Of a stretch of 64,000 nt of DNA, positions 46,807 through 55,764 are shown one piece after another. The position numbers were made by a program, and so were the translations under genes. Location of the stretch: positions 8,032,001 to 8,096,000 of the forward strand of contig JASGJH010000001.1 of NCBI GenBank assembly GCA_047601445.1. The letters run 5' to 3'. Each line of letters begins with the position of its first letter. Positions within the stretch are counted from its first letter, which is position 1. The notes under the pieces were generated by a model. That model had not been told where the DNA came from. It made no database searches and saw nothing but the letters and a program-made list of their open reading frames with translations. This stretch comes from Myxococcales bacterium (GTDB lineage Bacteria; Myxococcota_A; Polyangia; Polyangiales; DASUME01).

Positions 46807-47595
46807 ATGGTGAGCGTGGGCCCTTGGCTGGTGGTCGTGTGCGGCGTGTCGGGCGTGGGAAAAAGCACGGTCGGAGAGGCCCTGGCGGAATGGCTCGAAC
46901 TGCCCTACGCGGACGGGGACTCGTTTCACTCCTCGGAGAGCATCGCCAAGATGGCGGCCGGCCACGCCCTCGATGACCAGGAGCGTGCACCGTGGCTCGC
47001 GCGCATCGAGTCCTTTCTCGAGGCGAAGCAGGAGAGTGGGGCGGTGGTGAGTTGCTCGGCGCTCACGCGGGCGCATCGTCGGAAGCTCCTCGAAGCGGGA
47101 GCGCAGGTGACCTTTTTGCAGCTGGTGGCAAAGCCCGCGTTGGTCCGCACGCGCATGCTTGCGCGGCAGCATCATTTCATGAGTCCGTCACTGCTCGATT
47201 CACAACTCAGCCTACTCGAGCCCCTGGGTGTGGACGAACCCGGTTTGCGGCTCGACATCGACGACCTCACTCCGGGCGAGATCGCAGCGATGTTCGCGGG
47301 CTACTTGCGAGAGCAAGAGGACGCAGCGTTCGCGATCGACCCACTCGACGGAGAGCTCGACCTGCACACCTTCGCGCCCGAGGAAGCGGCGGACGTGGTG
47401 CGAGAGTACGTGCTTGCCTGTCAGGCCAAGGGGGTGCTCGCGTTGCGCATCGTGCACGGGAAGGGCAAGGGCACCCTACGCAGGACCGTTCACGCCGTGC
47501 TCGGCAGCATGCCCGAGGTGCGCGCCTTCCGTCTGGCGGGGCCGGAGCGTGGTGGATGGGGAGCGACGCTGGTGGACCTTCGAGCAGATTCCTAA
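46807..47595 (+). CDS. Gluconokinase-like P-loop kinase fused to a C-terminal Smr domain
   Basis: [15 protein letters not shown]...KM..GHAL.D.ER.PWL, CSAL, HFM...LDSQ, followed by LDLHTF, IVHGKG.G.LR and GGWGAT. Confidence 0.85.
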   Translation: MVSVGPWLVVVCGVSGVGKSTVGEALAEWLELPYADGDSFHSSESIAKMAAGHALDDQERAPWLARIESFLEAKQESGAVVSCSALTRAHRRKLLEAGAQVTFLQLVAKPALVRTRMLARQHHFMSPSLLDSQLSLLEPLGVDEPGLRLDIDDLTPGEIAAMFAGYLREQEDAAFAIDPLDGELDLHTFAPEEAADVVREYVLACQAKGVLALRIVHGKGKGTLRRTVHAVLGSMPEVRAFRLAGPERGGWGATLVDLRADS

Positions 47596-47688
47596 CAAGG
47601 TCAGGGCCCTGCTTCCGTGCCAGCCTTGCGCAAGCAACGCGCGCCCGTGCCCGCCCGCGCGGTGCCCGCCTGCACAACCCGACTACGT

Positions 47689-48447
47689 TCAACCGTTGAA
47701 GTTGGGCTTGCGGCGCTCGAAAAAGGCCGCGAAGGCTTCCTTGGCTTCAGGGCTCTTCAGGCGCTGCTCGAAGATCACGCGTTCGCGCTCGATGGTCTCG
47801 GCGACCTGCTTGGCTTGCGGGGCCGACAGGAGCTGCTTGCTGTGGCGCACGGCTCCCTTGGGCAGCGCGGCGAAGCGCGCGGCCACCTGGCGGGCGTGCG
47901 GGATGACCTGTGCCACGGGCAACACGGCGTTCGCGATACCGGCGTTCACGGCCTCGGTCGGGGTGATGGGATCGCCGAGCAAGAGCTTCTCGTTGGCTTT
48001 GGCGGCTCCGAGTCGCTGCGGGAGCAGCAAGCTCGACGCGAACTCCGGAACCAACCCGAGGTTCACGAAGGGCATCTGCAGCCGCGCATCTTCCGACAAG
48101 TACACCAGGTCGCAGTGCAAGAGCAGGGTGGTCCCGATGCCGATGGCTGCACCCGTGACGGCCGCGATGACGGGGAGCTCGCAGCCAGTCAGCGCCTGCA
48201 TGAAGCGGAAGACCGGCGCTTCGGGTCCCTCCGAGGGGCGCTGCATGAAGTCTTCGAGATCGTTGCCCGCGGTGAAGATGTTAGGCTGGCCGATGAGCAA
48301 GATGGCGCGCACGCTGGGGTCTGCCTGGGCGGCCAAGAGCGCGTCCGTGAGTGACTGATACATGGCCGCGGTAAGCGCGTTCTTCTTCTCGGGACGGGCG
48401 ATCTCGAGTGTGGCGATGCCGTCTTGGATGCTGCTCTTGATGCTCAT
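47689..48447 (-). CDS. Enoyl-CoA hydratase/isomerase
   Basis: RPEKKNAL, FTAGNDL, AIGIG, GLVPEFAS. Confidence 0.92.
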   Translation of the reverse strand: MSIKSSIQDGIATLEIARPEKKNALTAAMYQSLTDALLAAQADPSVRAILLIGQPNIFTAGNDLEDFMQRPSEGPEAPVFRFMQALTGCELPVIAAVTGAAIGIGTTLLLHCDLVYLSEDARLQMPFVNLGLVPEFASSLLLPQRLGAAKANEKLLLGDPITPTEAVNAGIANAVLPVAQVIPHARQVAARFAALPKGAVRHSKQLLSAPQAKQVAETIERERVIFEQRLKSPEAKEAFAAFFERRKPNFNG

Positions 48448-48646
48448 GGGATCGTGCTGCTCCGCGTGCGTGGTCGAGGGGTCGCCAAGGTACGCCCTGG
48501 GACGCGCGCAGGCCAGGTCCAGGGGGAGCCGCTTACCTGGGGCCGCAGACGAGACGCCGCCGAGCGCGGGGTGAGCGGCTGCCCGAGGCAGAGCGGAGTT
48601 CGGTATGCTGAACGACGGTGTGATCGCGTTGGGGCAGGGGTGCACG

Positions 48647-49159
48647 ATGAGCTCGAGGGATGATGAACGCTGGGGACCCGGGGCCCGTGTGCTGGCCCTG
48701 GTTGGGTGCGTAGGGCTCGCTGGCTGTGGCAACGACTTCACCGAGGACGTCGAGCGCGCCCAGTCAGCCTGGAAAGCGAAGCGGCCCGCGGACTATGTCT
48801 TCGTCTACAAGCAGCCCTGCTTCTGCCTCTCCAGCCATATCGCCCCGGTCCGGGTTACCGTGACGGGTGGCAAGATCCTGGCGGCCACGTTCGCCGATGG
48901 AACGGTCGCGCCCGACGAGCGGCGCAAGACCATCGACGACTTGTACGACGACGCGCACGCTTGGGCAGCCGGAGACCCGGACGAGTTTCACCTCGCGACC
49001 AATCCCGAGTTCGCCTACCCAACCACCGTGAGCGTCGATGAGAAGAAGAGCACCGCGGACGACGAGTTCGGCATTTCGGTGGATTGCTTCGCCGCGAGCA
49101 CGAGCGACGACGCCTGCCCCCTCGCGGACATCGAGTGGCCCCTCCCGCTGGCGGATTAG
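48647..49159 (+). CDS. Lipoprotein (DUF6174-like), paralog 1
   Basis: LAGC lipobox; DYVF...CFC, TIDDL, YP, DDE. Confidence 0.7.
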   Translation: MSSRDDERWGPGARVLALVGCVGLAGCGNDFTEDVERAQSAWKAKRPADYVFVYKQPCFCLSSHIAPVRVTVTGGKILAATFADGTVAPDERRKTIDDLYDDAHAWAAGDPDEFHLATNPEFAYPTTVSVDEKKSTADDEFGISVDCFAASTSDDACPLADIEWPLPLAD

Positions 49160-49267
49160 CTCTCGAGGTTGGGGTTTATCTGGCTTGCGCGCCCGAGGGC
49201 GCTTCGACCTGTGCCGCTTTGTGTCGCTCGCGCGAGCGATTCACGAATGCTTTTGCCGACGGCATCC

Positions 49268-49283
49268 TGGTACGAGCCTTGCT
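49268..49283 (+). promoter_or_regulatory. Sigma54 promoter
   Basis: TGGTACGAGCCTTGCT (GG-N10-GC), about 40 bp before the ATG at 49325. Confidence 0.65.
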
Positions 49284-49324
49284 GAGTCGCGCTCCGGCTC
49301 CTCATTTCTCGGAAGGTCGACTTC

Positions 49325-49813
49325 ATGGGCGCGAGTTTGTCTGGTGTGGTGCGATTCAGCGTGGTCGCCGGGGTGATCGCGATCGCTGCCTGCGGAGACG
49401 AGTCCGAACCCAACCCCCGGGTCGAGCGCGTCGATGCGGCCATCGAGCAGTGGGACGGCGAGCGACCGGATGACTATGTCTTCGCCTTCTCCTACTCGTG
49501 CTACTGCGACAACGATACGGTGCGGGTGGTGGTGCGGGCCGGCAAGGTCGTCGAAGCCAAGCTCGCGAGCGGCGCGGGTGCGCCCGACGACCGTCGCAAG
49601 ACCATCGACGACCTCTTCGTCGATGTCCGCAGCTGGGCCGAGGAAGATCCGGAGGAGTGGTCGCTGGAGCTGGACCCAGAGTGGAACTATCCGCGCCGCG
49701 TGCAGCTGGACGTGTCCAAAGGAGTTGCGGACGACGAGGGAGGGCTCATCGTGTCCTGTTTTTCCCCTGGTACAGCCGAGGATGTGTGTCCTCTCGCGGA
49801 AGAGGACCCCTAG
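49325..49813 (+). CDS. Lipoprotein (DUF6174-like), paralog 2
   Basis: IAAC lipobox; same motifs as 48647-49159. Confidence 0.7.
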   Translation: MGASLSGVVRFSVVAGVIAIAACGDESEPNPRVERVDAAIEQWDGERPDDYVFAFSYSCYCDNDTVRVVVRAGKVVEAKLASGAGAPDDRRKTIDDLFVDVRSWAEEDPEEWSLELDPEWNYPRRVQLDVSKGVADDEGGLIVSCFSPGTAEDVCPLAEEDP

Positions 49814-49839
49814 CTCGCTACAACGTTCGTGATCCCACG

Positions 49840-50454
49840 CTACACCCAGGCGGCGCGCATCAGGAAGCGGTCTTGCGCTTCATTCCAGTCCGCCACCCGC
49901 ACGTAGGCCGCGCGAACACCGACGTACTTGTAGCCCGCGCGCACCACGCCGCAGAAGGCCGTGCGGAAGTAGGCGTAGCGAGGCAACGAGGCGTGACGAA
50001 TCTCGATCGTGAGATCCTTGGGGCCCACTTTGGTGAGCTCGATGCTGCCGCCCTGCAGCAGCCGATCCCACAGCACATCGAAGCGCTTGAGCAGGAGCCA
50101 CGGCGTCACGCCCATGCCGCGCGCTGCACGCGTGAGCGTTTCCATGAAGGAGCCCTGCATGCGATCGCCTACGGCCTCTCCGATGGCTACGAGCTGACTA
50201 TCCGTGAGCCGCAGGTCGTCGCAGGCCTGGTAGTGTGCGAGGGCCACGTCGAGCGGCAGCCAGGACGCTGCGATGGAGCTGAGGATGGTGTCGCGGTGCA
50301 CTGGATTCAGCAGCTCGAGGTAGAGCTCGTAGTGTCCGAGTGTCTTGAGCGTGGCCAGAGACGACTGCACCAACGTGCTGCGCACCCCGCTGGTCGGCTG
50401 GATGGGCCGCCGGTGCGGGATGATGATCTCTCGCGATTCGGGCACTGGCTGCAA
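49840..50454 (-). CDS. Myxobacterial conserved hypothetical protein
   Basis: 204 aa; GVRSTLVQSS...SWLP pattern reminiscent of myxobacterial DUF2378-like proteins. Confidence 0.6.
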   Translation of the reverse strand: MQPVPESREIIIPHRRPIQPTSGVRSTLVQSSLATLKTLGHYELYLELLNPVHRDTILSSIAASWLPLDVALAHYQACDDLRLTDSQLVAIGEAVGDRMQGSFMETLTRAARGMGVTPWLLLKRFDVLWDRLLQGGSIELTKVGPKDLTIEIRHASLPRYAYFRTAFCGVVRAGYKYVGVRAAYVRVADWNEAQDRFLMRAAWV

Positions 50455-50533
50455 CGGCTCGTCCTGCTTCGATAAGACCTCGAATTAGCTTACCCCAAGC
50501 GGCGGCCCGACATGCAACTTGCTTGTGCGCCGC

Positions 50534-50863
50534 TCAGTGAGAGTCGTCGCAAAAGCCCGCCAGGCACTGCTCTTCGCGGCGGCACTGGTCGTCGTGCAGA
50601 CATTCCACGCAGATGAAACGGCGCGGGTCGCAGAACGGGGCGTCGCGGTCGCAATCGCTGGGGTCCCAGCAGGGCATGGGCCGATCGTCGTCGTTGTCGC
50701 CCTGCTGGTCTTCATCGGGCTCGTCGCCCGCGTCGGTGCTGGCATCGGGCGTGGGCGAGCCGGCCTCGGGCGCGGCTGCGTCGGGTGCGCGTCCGAAGTA
50801 CACGGTGGGTCCGGGGCCGCAGGCGGCGAGGACGGCCAGCAAGAGCCAGCTGGAACGAATCAT
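50534..50863 (-). CDS. Small Cys-rich lipoprotein
   Basis: LAAC lipobox; C..D.DC...CD...CVECL.D..C. Confidence 0.7.
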   Translation of the reverse strand: MIRSSWLLLAVLAACGPGPTVYFGRAPDAAAPEAGSPTPDASTDAGDEPDEDQQGDNDDDRPMPCWDPSDCDRDAPFCDPRRFICVECLHDDQCRREEQCLAGFCDDSH

Positions 50864-51804
50864 GGAGCCTCGCCTTCGCCGCATGCGTTGCGCACACGGG
50901 ACGCGAGGGCCGATGCGTTGTCGGAGGCCAAGAAGGTGGCGCGCTCCTGTCGTCCGCGCTCGCGTTGTCCAGCGCCGCACAGCGCCACCACGCGTAGCCC
51001 CGCGCGCTGATGCGAGAGGGCTCCGTGCGGGAACTCCCGGGCATGACGCTCCAGGTATGCCAGGGCTTGCTCTGCCTGCGCGTCGCGTAGCGACGAGAGG
51101 GCCTTGCGGATCAGGGCCATCTCTTCGCTGGTGTCTGGGCTCGCCACGGCGGCGGGTTGCGCTGACTCGGGCTTGGCGGGCGCGGACGGCTGGGTTGCTT
51201 GCGTGATCGCAGGTTCGGTCGAGCTGAGGACGGGTGCGGATGCCGCGCGCGTCGCGACGTTGCGAGCGGAGGTTCGCACCGGTCCTTGCCTGGAGATGCG
51301 CGCCCGCAGACGCGCGGGCTGGGGCTGCGAGTCGTGAGCGCCGAGTTGGGCGACAGGAAGTTCGAGCCGCACCTGTTCTCGTGGAGACGGCTGGACCTCC
51401 GCGCCTTGTGCGACGGGCGCGGCCGGCAGCGCGAGCTCTGTGTCTTCGGGCAACTGTACCTGGGTCTCGACTTTACGCGCCGCGACCGCAGCCGGCGCTG
51501 GCGCTGGCGCTTCTTGCGGCCACACCATCCAGGCCGCGGAACCGATCACCAAGGCGCTCCCCAACAGCCAATACTTGGCGGCCACGCCAGCCGTGCTCAG
51601 CGCCGCCGGCAGCGTGGAGGGCGTGCCAGCCGCGAGACCCTGGGCCGCTGCATGGCCCGCCTGCGTGAGCGCCGCCGTGACCACACCGACACCGATCGAT
51701 GCCTGCAGCGCCGCGAGGACTCGCTCGCGATCCTCGTCGCGCGGCTCGTGGCTGCCGCGAGCATGCTCGATCAAGACCGCGAGGTGAGGAGGTAGTTCGT
51801 TCAT
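50860..51804 (-). CDS. Putative anti-sigma factor (TM, Pro/Ala linker, TPR-like C-terminus)
   Basis: Overlaps the ECF sigma stop; EMALIRKA...HAREFPHGAL. Confidence 0.7.
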   Translation of the reverse strand: MNELPPHLAVLIEHARGSHEPRDEDRERVLAALQASIGVGVVTAALTQAGHAAAQGLAAGTPSTLPAALSTAGVAAKYWLLGSALVIGSAAWMVWPQEAPAPAPAAVAARKVETQVQLPEDTELALPAAPVAQGAEVQPSPREQVRLELPVAQLGAHDSQPQPARLRARISRQGPVRTSARNVATRAASAPVLSSTEPAITQATQPSAPAKPESAQPAAVASPDTSEEMALIRKALSSLRDAQAEQALAYLERHAREFPHGALSHQRAGLRVVALCGAGQRERGRQERATFLASDNASALASRVRNACGEGEAP

Positions 51805-52454
51805 GGCGCGGACTCCGAGCTTTGGGTTGCGCGTTGCTCGACGAACGAGGCAAAGGCCTTTCGCGCGGAGGAGACGCGGTAATAGACGGTGTTCAAGTTG
51901 GCGTTCGCGATGCGCGCCACTTCGGGAGCCGACATCTGCTCGAGCTCCACCAGGATGAACACGGTGCGCCGATCCGGATCGAGGCTCTCCAGGAATTCGA
52001 GCACCAGGTCGTTGGCCTGGCGCTGGATAGCCGTCTCGAGCGGCGTGCGCTCGCGGGCGGACATCTCGTCGTGCAGGGGCAGCAGGTTGCCCTTGCGTCG
52101 CACGCTGCGGCGGTGGTCGCTGGCGACGCGCTGCGCGATGGCATAGAGCCAGGCCTTGGGGGAGGACTCGGGCACCAGATCCGCGAAGCGTCGGTGGACG
52201 ACCACGAAGACCTCCTGGGCCGCGTCGTCGAGGGCCGACTCGGTCACGCCCAGGCGGCGTAGGGTTCGCCACACGAAGGCGAAGTGGGCGCGATAGAGCG
52301 CTTCGAACTCGAGCCCCGAGGGGGGAACCGAGCCTTCACCGCGCGCAGCCGGGTCGGCGTCCGCCAGCTGGGGGGCTCGCCCGTGGCCCTCTCCTCGAAG
52401 CGCGCCCTCGGGCGTGCGAGCAGAGAGGGGGCGGTCGCGCAAGGAAGCGTTCAC
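51801..52454 (-). CDS. ECF sigma-70 factor
   Basis: DDAAQEVF, AWLYAIA, VFILVELEQMSAPEVA, NTVYYR. Confidence 0.9.
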   Translation of the reverse strand: MNASLRDRPLSARTPEGALRGEGHGRAPQLADADPAARGEGSVPPSGLEFEALYRAHFAFVWRTLRRLGVTESALDDAAQEVFVVVHRRFADLVPESSPKAWLYAIAQRVASDHRRSVRRKGNLLPLHDEMSARERTPLETAIQRQANDLVLEFLESLDPDRRTVFILVELEQMSAPEVARIANANLNTVYYRVSSARKAFASFVEQRATQSSESAP

Positions 52455-52478
52455 GGGACTAAGATGGCCGAACTCGCC

Positions 52479-53490
52479 TCAATCCGTGGTGGTCAAAGCG
52501 ACGCTGAGCGCGAGAAAGAAGCGTAAACCCACGGGACCTGTGGTGTAAAACGCAGGTTCTCCCTGTAACGCGAAGCGCGGTCGTCTCAGCGGGACGCCGA
52601 GCAGGCTCGCCGCCCCCACCGTCACGCGCTCGTGCAGGCGCACGGCCAAGGTGAGTCCACCCCAGGCGCTGGCCCAAAACGCCCCCGTATCGTCGCCGCC
52701 GATGGTTCCGCTGGATCGACCGTGCAAGTAGCCGAGCTCCAGCTCGGCGCGGGGACCCCAGGAGAACCTGTCGTGATGGAGCGAGAAGCCGGCGCCCAGT
52801 GCTCCAGCCAACAAATCGATGCGAGCCTGCACCCCCGCAGGAAGCGGCGCGTCCACGTCGCGGGGCACGAGATAGCGGCCCGAGAGATCCAGGCCAAAGC
52901 CGGCATAGTGGAGGGACAGGCCGACCACTGGGCCCGCACTCGGGCGCGGCAGCGACCAGGTGTCGAGCAGCGCACCGAGCTCCGCACGCAACGTGGAGAT
53001 CATGCTGCCTGGGGATGCTGGGCTCGTCGGGTTCTTCGGGCGGCTCGGGCTCTGCGAGCGGCTCGGGATCCGGGGGGAGCGTCTCCGGGGCGAGCGTGGT
53101 GGCGGCCAGCAAGACGGCCGCTTCTTGGACCTCCGAGCAGGAGCTCAGACGAACGCGATTGGCCTGCGCGGGGTCCGCGTCCGCAAAGCGCAGCGCGAGC
53201 TCGAATGTGTGAGGCTCGAGCTCATGCACCTCGACACGAAAGACGGTGGGCGATTCCTGGGTCGTGCGGTCACCGAGTAGCTGCTCGATCTCGGCTTCGA
53301 GCTGTGCCGGACGCGGGCAGGCTGCGTCGGCTGCCCACAGGATCTGCACGCCTCGCTCGTCGGGTTGGGCGCGGGCCGAACTGCTGCCCAGCAGTAGCCA
53401 GGCCAGCAAGCCCCGCGATCCCCACGCCGCACATCGTCCTTTCCACGCGGGCAGAGCACGTCTCGAACGCGAGGCACGGGAGAGCGACAC
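52479..53490 (-). CDS. Secreted/outer-membrane protein upstream of the ECF sigma, split by a frameshift at G4 53011-53014
   Basis: Signal peptide (ARA-Q) and N-domain in one frame, beta-barrel-like C-half in another; a 1-bp deletion fuses them. Confidence 0.6.
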
Positions 53491-53526
53491 TCCGGCGTTG
53501 CTAACATGACTGCCCGCACGTTGCCA

Positions 53527-53937
53527 TTAAACCAGACCCAACTGGTCCAACAGCGAGAGACGATCGAAGTACACGCGCTCGTGGCGAATCAGGCCGTTTT
53601 CCAGGGTGGCGTGCGCCGAGATGGTCAGCTTCAAGGGCCGGCCGGTGGGCGGGACCTGTCGATCGCCCAGCACGAGCGGACCCGAGTGGGAGCCTTCGAA
53701 CGTGGTCTCGAACACGACCTTGTCTGGGCCCGAGCAGAAGCAGCGGATGGCGACCTTCACATCGGGAAAGGCACGCCACAGGTTGTGCTCCCGCTCGAGC
53801 ATCGCGGCGCGCCCTTCGCACACGCCGTCGGGTCCCTCGTAGCGCAGGTGCTCGCTCCACAGCGCGAGCAAGGCGTGCGCGTCGCGCCCGTTGAAAGCTT
53901 CGGTGGCGAGCTCGGCGATCCGTTCCGGGGTGTGCAT
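53527..53937 (-). CDS. SnoaL-like ester cyclase/NTF2-family protein
   Basis: AFPD, GSHSG, PPTGR, YFDR..LL.QLG. Confidence 0.88.
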   Translation of the reverse strand: MHTPERIAELATEAFNGRDAHALLALWSEHLRYEGPDGVCEGRAAMLEREHNLWRAFPDVKVAIRCFCSGPDKVVFETTFEGSHSGPLVLGDRQVPPTGRPLKLTISAHATLENGLIRHERVYFDRLSLLDQLGLV

Positions 53938-54020
53938 GGCAGCTCCTTGTTTTGGCTCGAGTGGCTGGACTGCATGCTAGGCCGTGCTGCAACGCTCCGG
54001 CAGGCCCAAGCGCGTTCGGA

Positions 54021-54045
54021 GATTCACAACCAGGAGTTCGGAATC
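54021..54045. promoter_or_regulatory. Candidate LysR autoregulatory dyad
   Basis: GATTC-ACAAC-CAGGA-GTTCG-GAATC immediately before the LysR ATG in a divergent region. Confidence 0.4.
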
Positions 54046-54046
54046 C

Positions 54047-54954
54047 ATGGACAGGCTGCACAGCATGCGAATCTTCGTGGCGGTGGTCGACGAGGGCAGC
54101 TTCGCGGCGGTCGCCAAGCGAGAAAAGATCTCGGGCACCATGGTGGGCAAACACATCAAGCAGCTCGAGCAGCACCTGGGCGTGACCTTGCTCCAGCGCA
54201 CGACGCGAGCGCAGAGCCTCACAGAAGCCGGTCGCGTGTACCTCGCGCGGGCCCGCCAGGTGGTGTTCGACGCCGACGCCGCCGACGCCGCGGCCAGCGA
54301 GGTCCGCAGGGTGCCGCGCGGAACCTTGCGGGTAACCTCGGTGGTGACCTTCGGTACGCGACGCCTGGTGCCCGCCCTGGCGCGCTTCCTCCAGGCCTAT
54401 CCGGACATGAACGTCGACCTCGACTTGAGCGACGAGACCGTCGACTTCGTGCGCGAGGGGTACGACTTTGCTTTCCGCTTCGGGCGCAAGGAGGACCTGG
54501 GCCTGGTGGCGCGTCCGCTCATGCCCTACACGATGGCGCTGGTCGCGTCGCCGAGTTATCTGCGCGGCAAGCCACCCATCGAAGAGCCGGGGATCTCTCC
54601 CGTCACGTGTGCCTGGGGCTGCGCCAGTGGCGACAGCGCGACGCCTGGACGCTCGTGGGGCCCAAGGGAGAGTTTACCGTCAAGGTGCGCGGCTCGCTCT
54701 CGGCCAACCAGGGCATGGCGCTGCGCGCCGCGGCGCTCGCGGGGCTCGGCGTGATCATGCAGCCCGAGATGTTGCTCGAGGAAGACCTGGCGGCCGGACG
54801 CCTCGTGCGCGTGGTCCCCGCCTACGCGCCCAGGCCGCGCGTGGTGCACATGGTGTATGCGCCCGATCGACGGCTCCCGCTCAAGCACCGACGCTTCGCG
54901 GACTTCATGCTCGACAGCTGGCCGCGTCCGTCCCGCACGGCGCGCCAGGGCTAG
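54047..54954 (+). CDS. LysR-family regulator, split by a frameshift at G4 54589-54592
   Basis: GSFAAVA...LLQRTTR HTH; the substrate domain continues DLSRHVCL in another frame; adding one G restores it. Confidence 0.88.
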
Positions 54955-55035
54955 ACACCGAGGCGCGCTCCGCGCTCCGGAGGCGGGTTGCACGCGGGTC
55001 CTGGCGCATGGGAAGGTGCCCGACGGAGGTGGGGC

Positions 55036-55737
55036 ATGGGCAAGCCTGTTTGTGCGGTGGTGGGCGTGGGTCCAGGCAACGGCGCGGCCTTCGCGCGGCG
55101 CTTCGCTGCGCAGGGCTATCGCGTGGCTCTCTTGGCACGCAGCACCGAGTTCAGCGCGCAGCTCGCGGGTGAGCTGTCCGAAGCCCGCGCCTATGCGTGC
55201 GACGTGAGTCGACCGGAGGCCGTTAAGAGCGCGTTCGAAGCCATCGCGCGCGAGCTAGGGCCGGTCGAGGTGCTCGTCTACAACGCGGGTTCCGGGACCT
55301 GGGGCAACGTGGAGGAGATCAGCCCAGCGCAGCTCACGCAGGCGCTCGAGATCAACACGGTGGGCCTGCTGTGCGCGGCGCAGGCAGTGATTCCCGGCAT
55401 GAAGGAGCGTCAGCGCGGCAGCATCGTGGTGATCGGGGCCACGGCGTCGCGACGCGGCGGCGCCAAGACGGCGGCCTTCGCCCCCGCCAAGGCGGCTCAG
55501 CGCAGCCTGTGCGAGTCCATGGCGCGCCATCTGGGACCGCAGGGCATCCACGTTTCGCTGATCATCATCGATGGAGTGGTCGATCTCGAGCGCACCCGCG
55601 AGCACATGAAGGGCAAGCCCGACAGCTTCTTCGTGAAGCCCGACGATGTCGCCGAGACGGCGCTCTGGTTAACGCGACAGCCGCGCTCCGCCTGGTCATT
55701 CGAGGTCGAAGCACGGCCGTTTGGCGAGACTTGGTGA
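55036..55737 (+). CDS. Short-chain dehydrogenase/reductase
   Basis: GVGPGNG, YNAG, GATASRRG, FAPAK. Confidence 0.9.
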   Translation: MGKPVCAVVGVGPGNGAAFARRFAAQGYRVALLARSTEFSAQLAGELSEARAYACDVSRPEAVKSAFEAIARELGPVEVLVYNAGSGTWGNVEEISPAQLTQALEINTVGLLCAAQAVIPGMKERQRGSIVVIGATASRRGGAKTAAFAPAKAAQRSLCESMARHLGPQGIHVSLIIIDGVVDLERTREHMKGKPDSFFVKPDDVAETALWLTRQPRSAWSFEVEARPFGETW

Positions 55738-55764
55738 GCGAGCACTCAGCTCGCTCGAGCTAGC

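Noticed and set aside
22169..54592. Programmed frameshifting or phase variation at the three split genes
   Set aside because: The runs are only 2-4 nt, with no slippery heptamer or long tract; sequencing error is simpler
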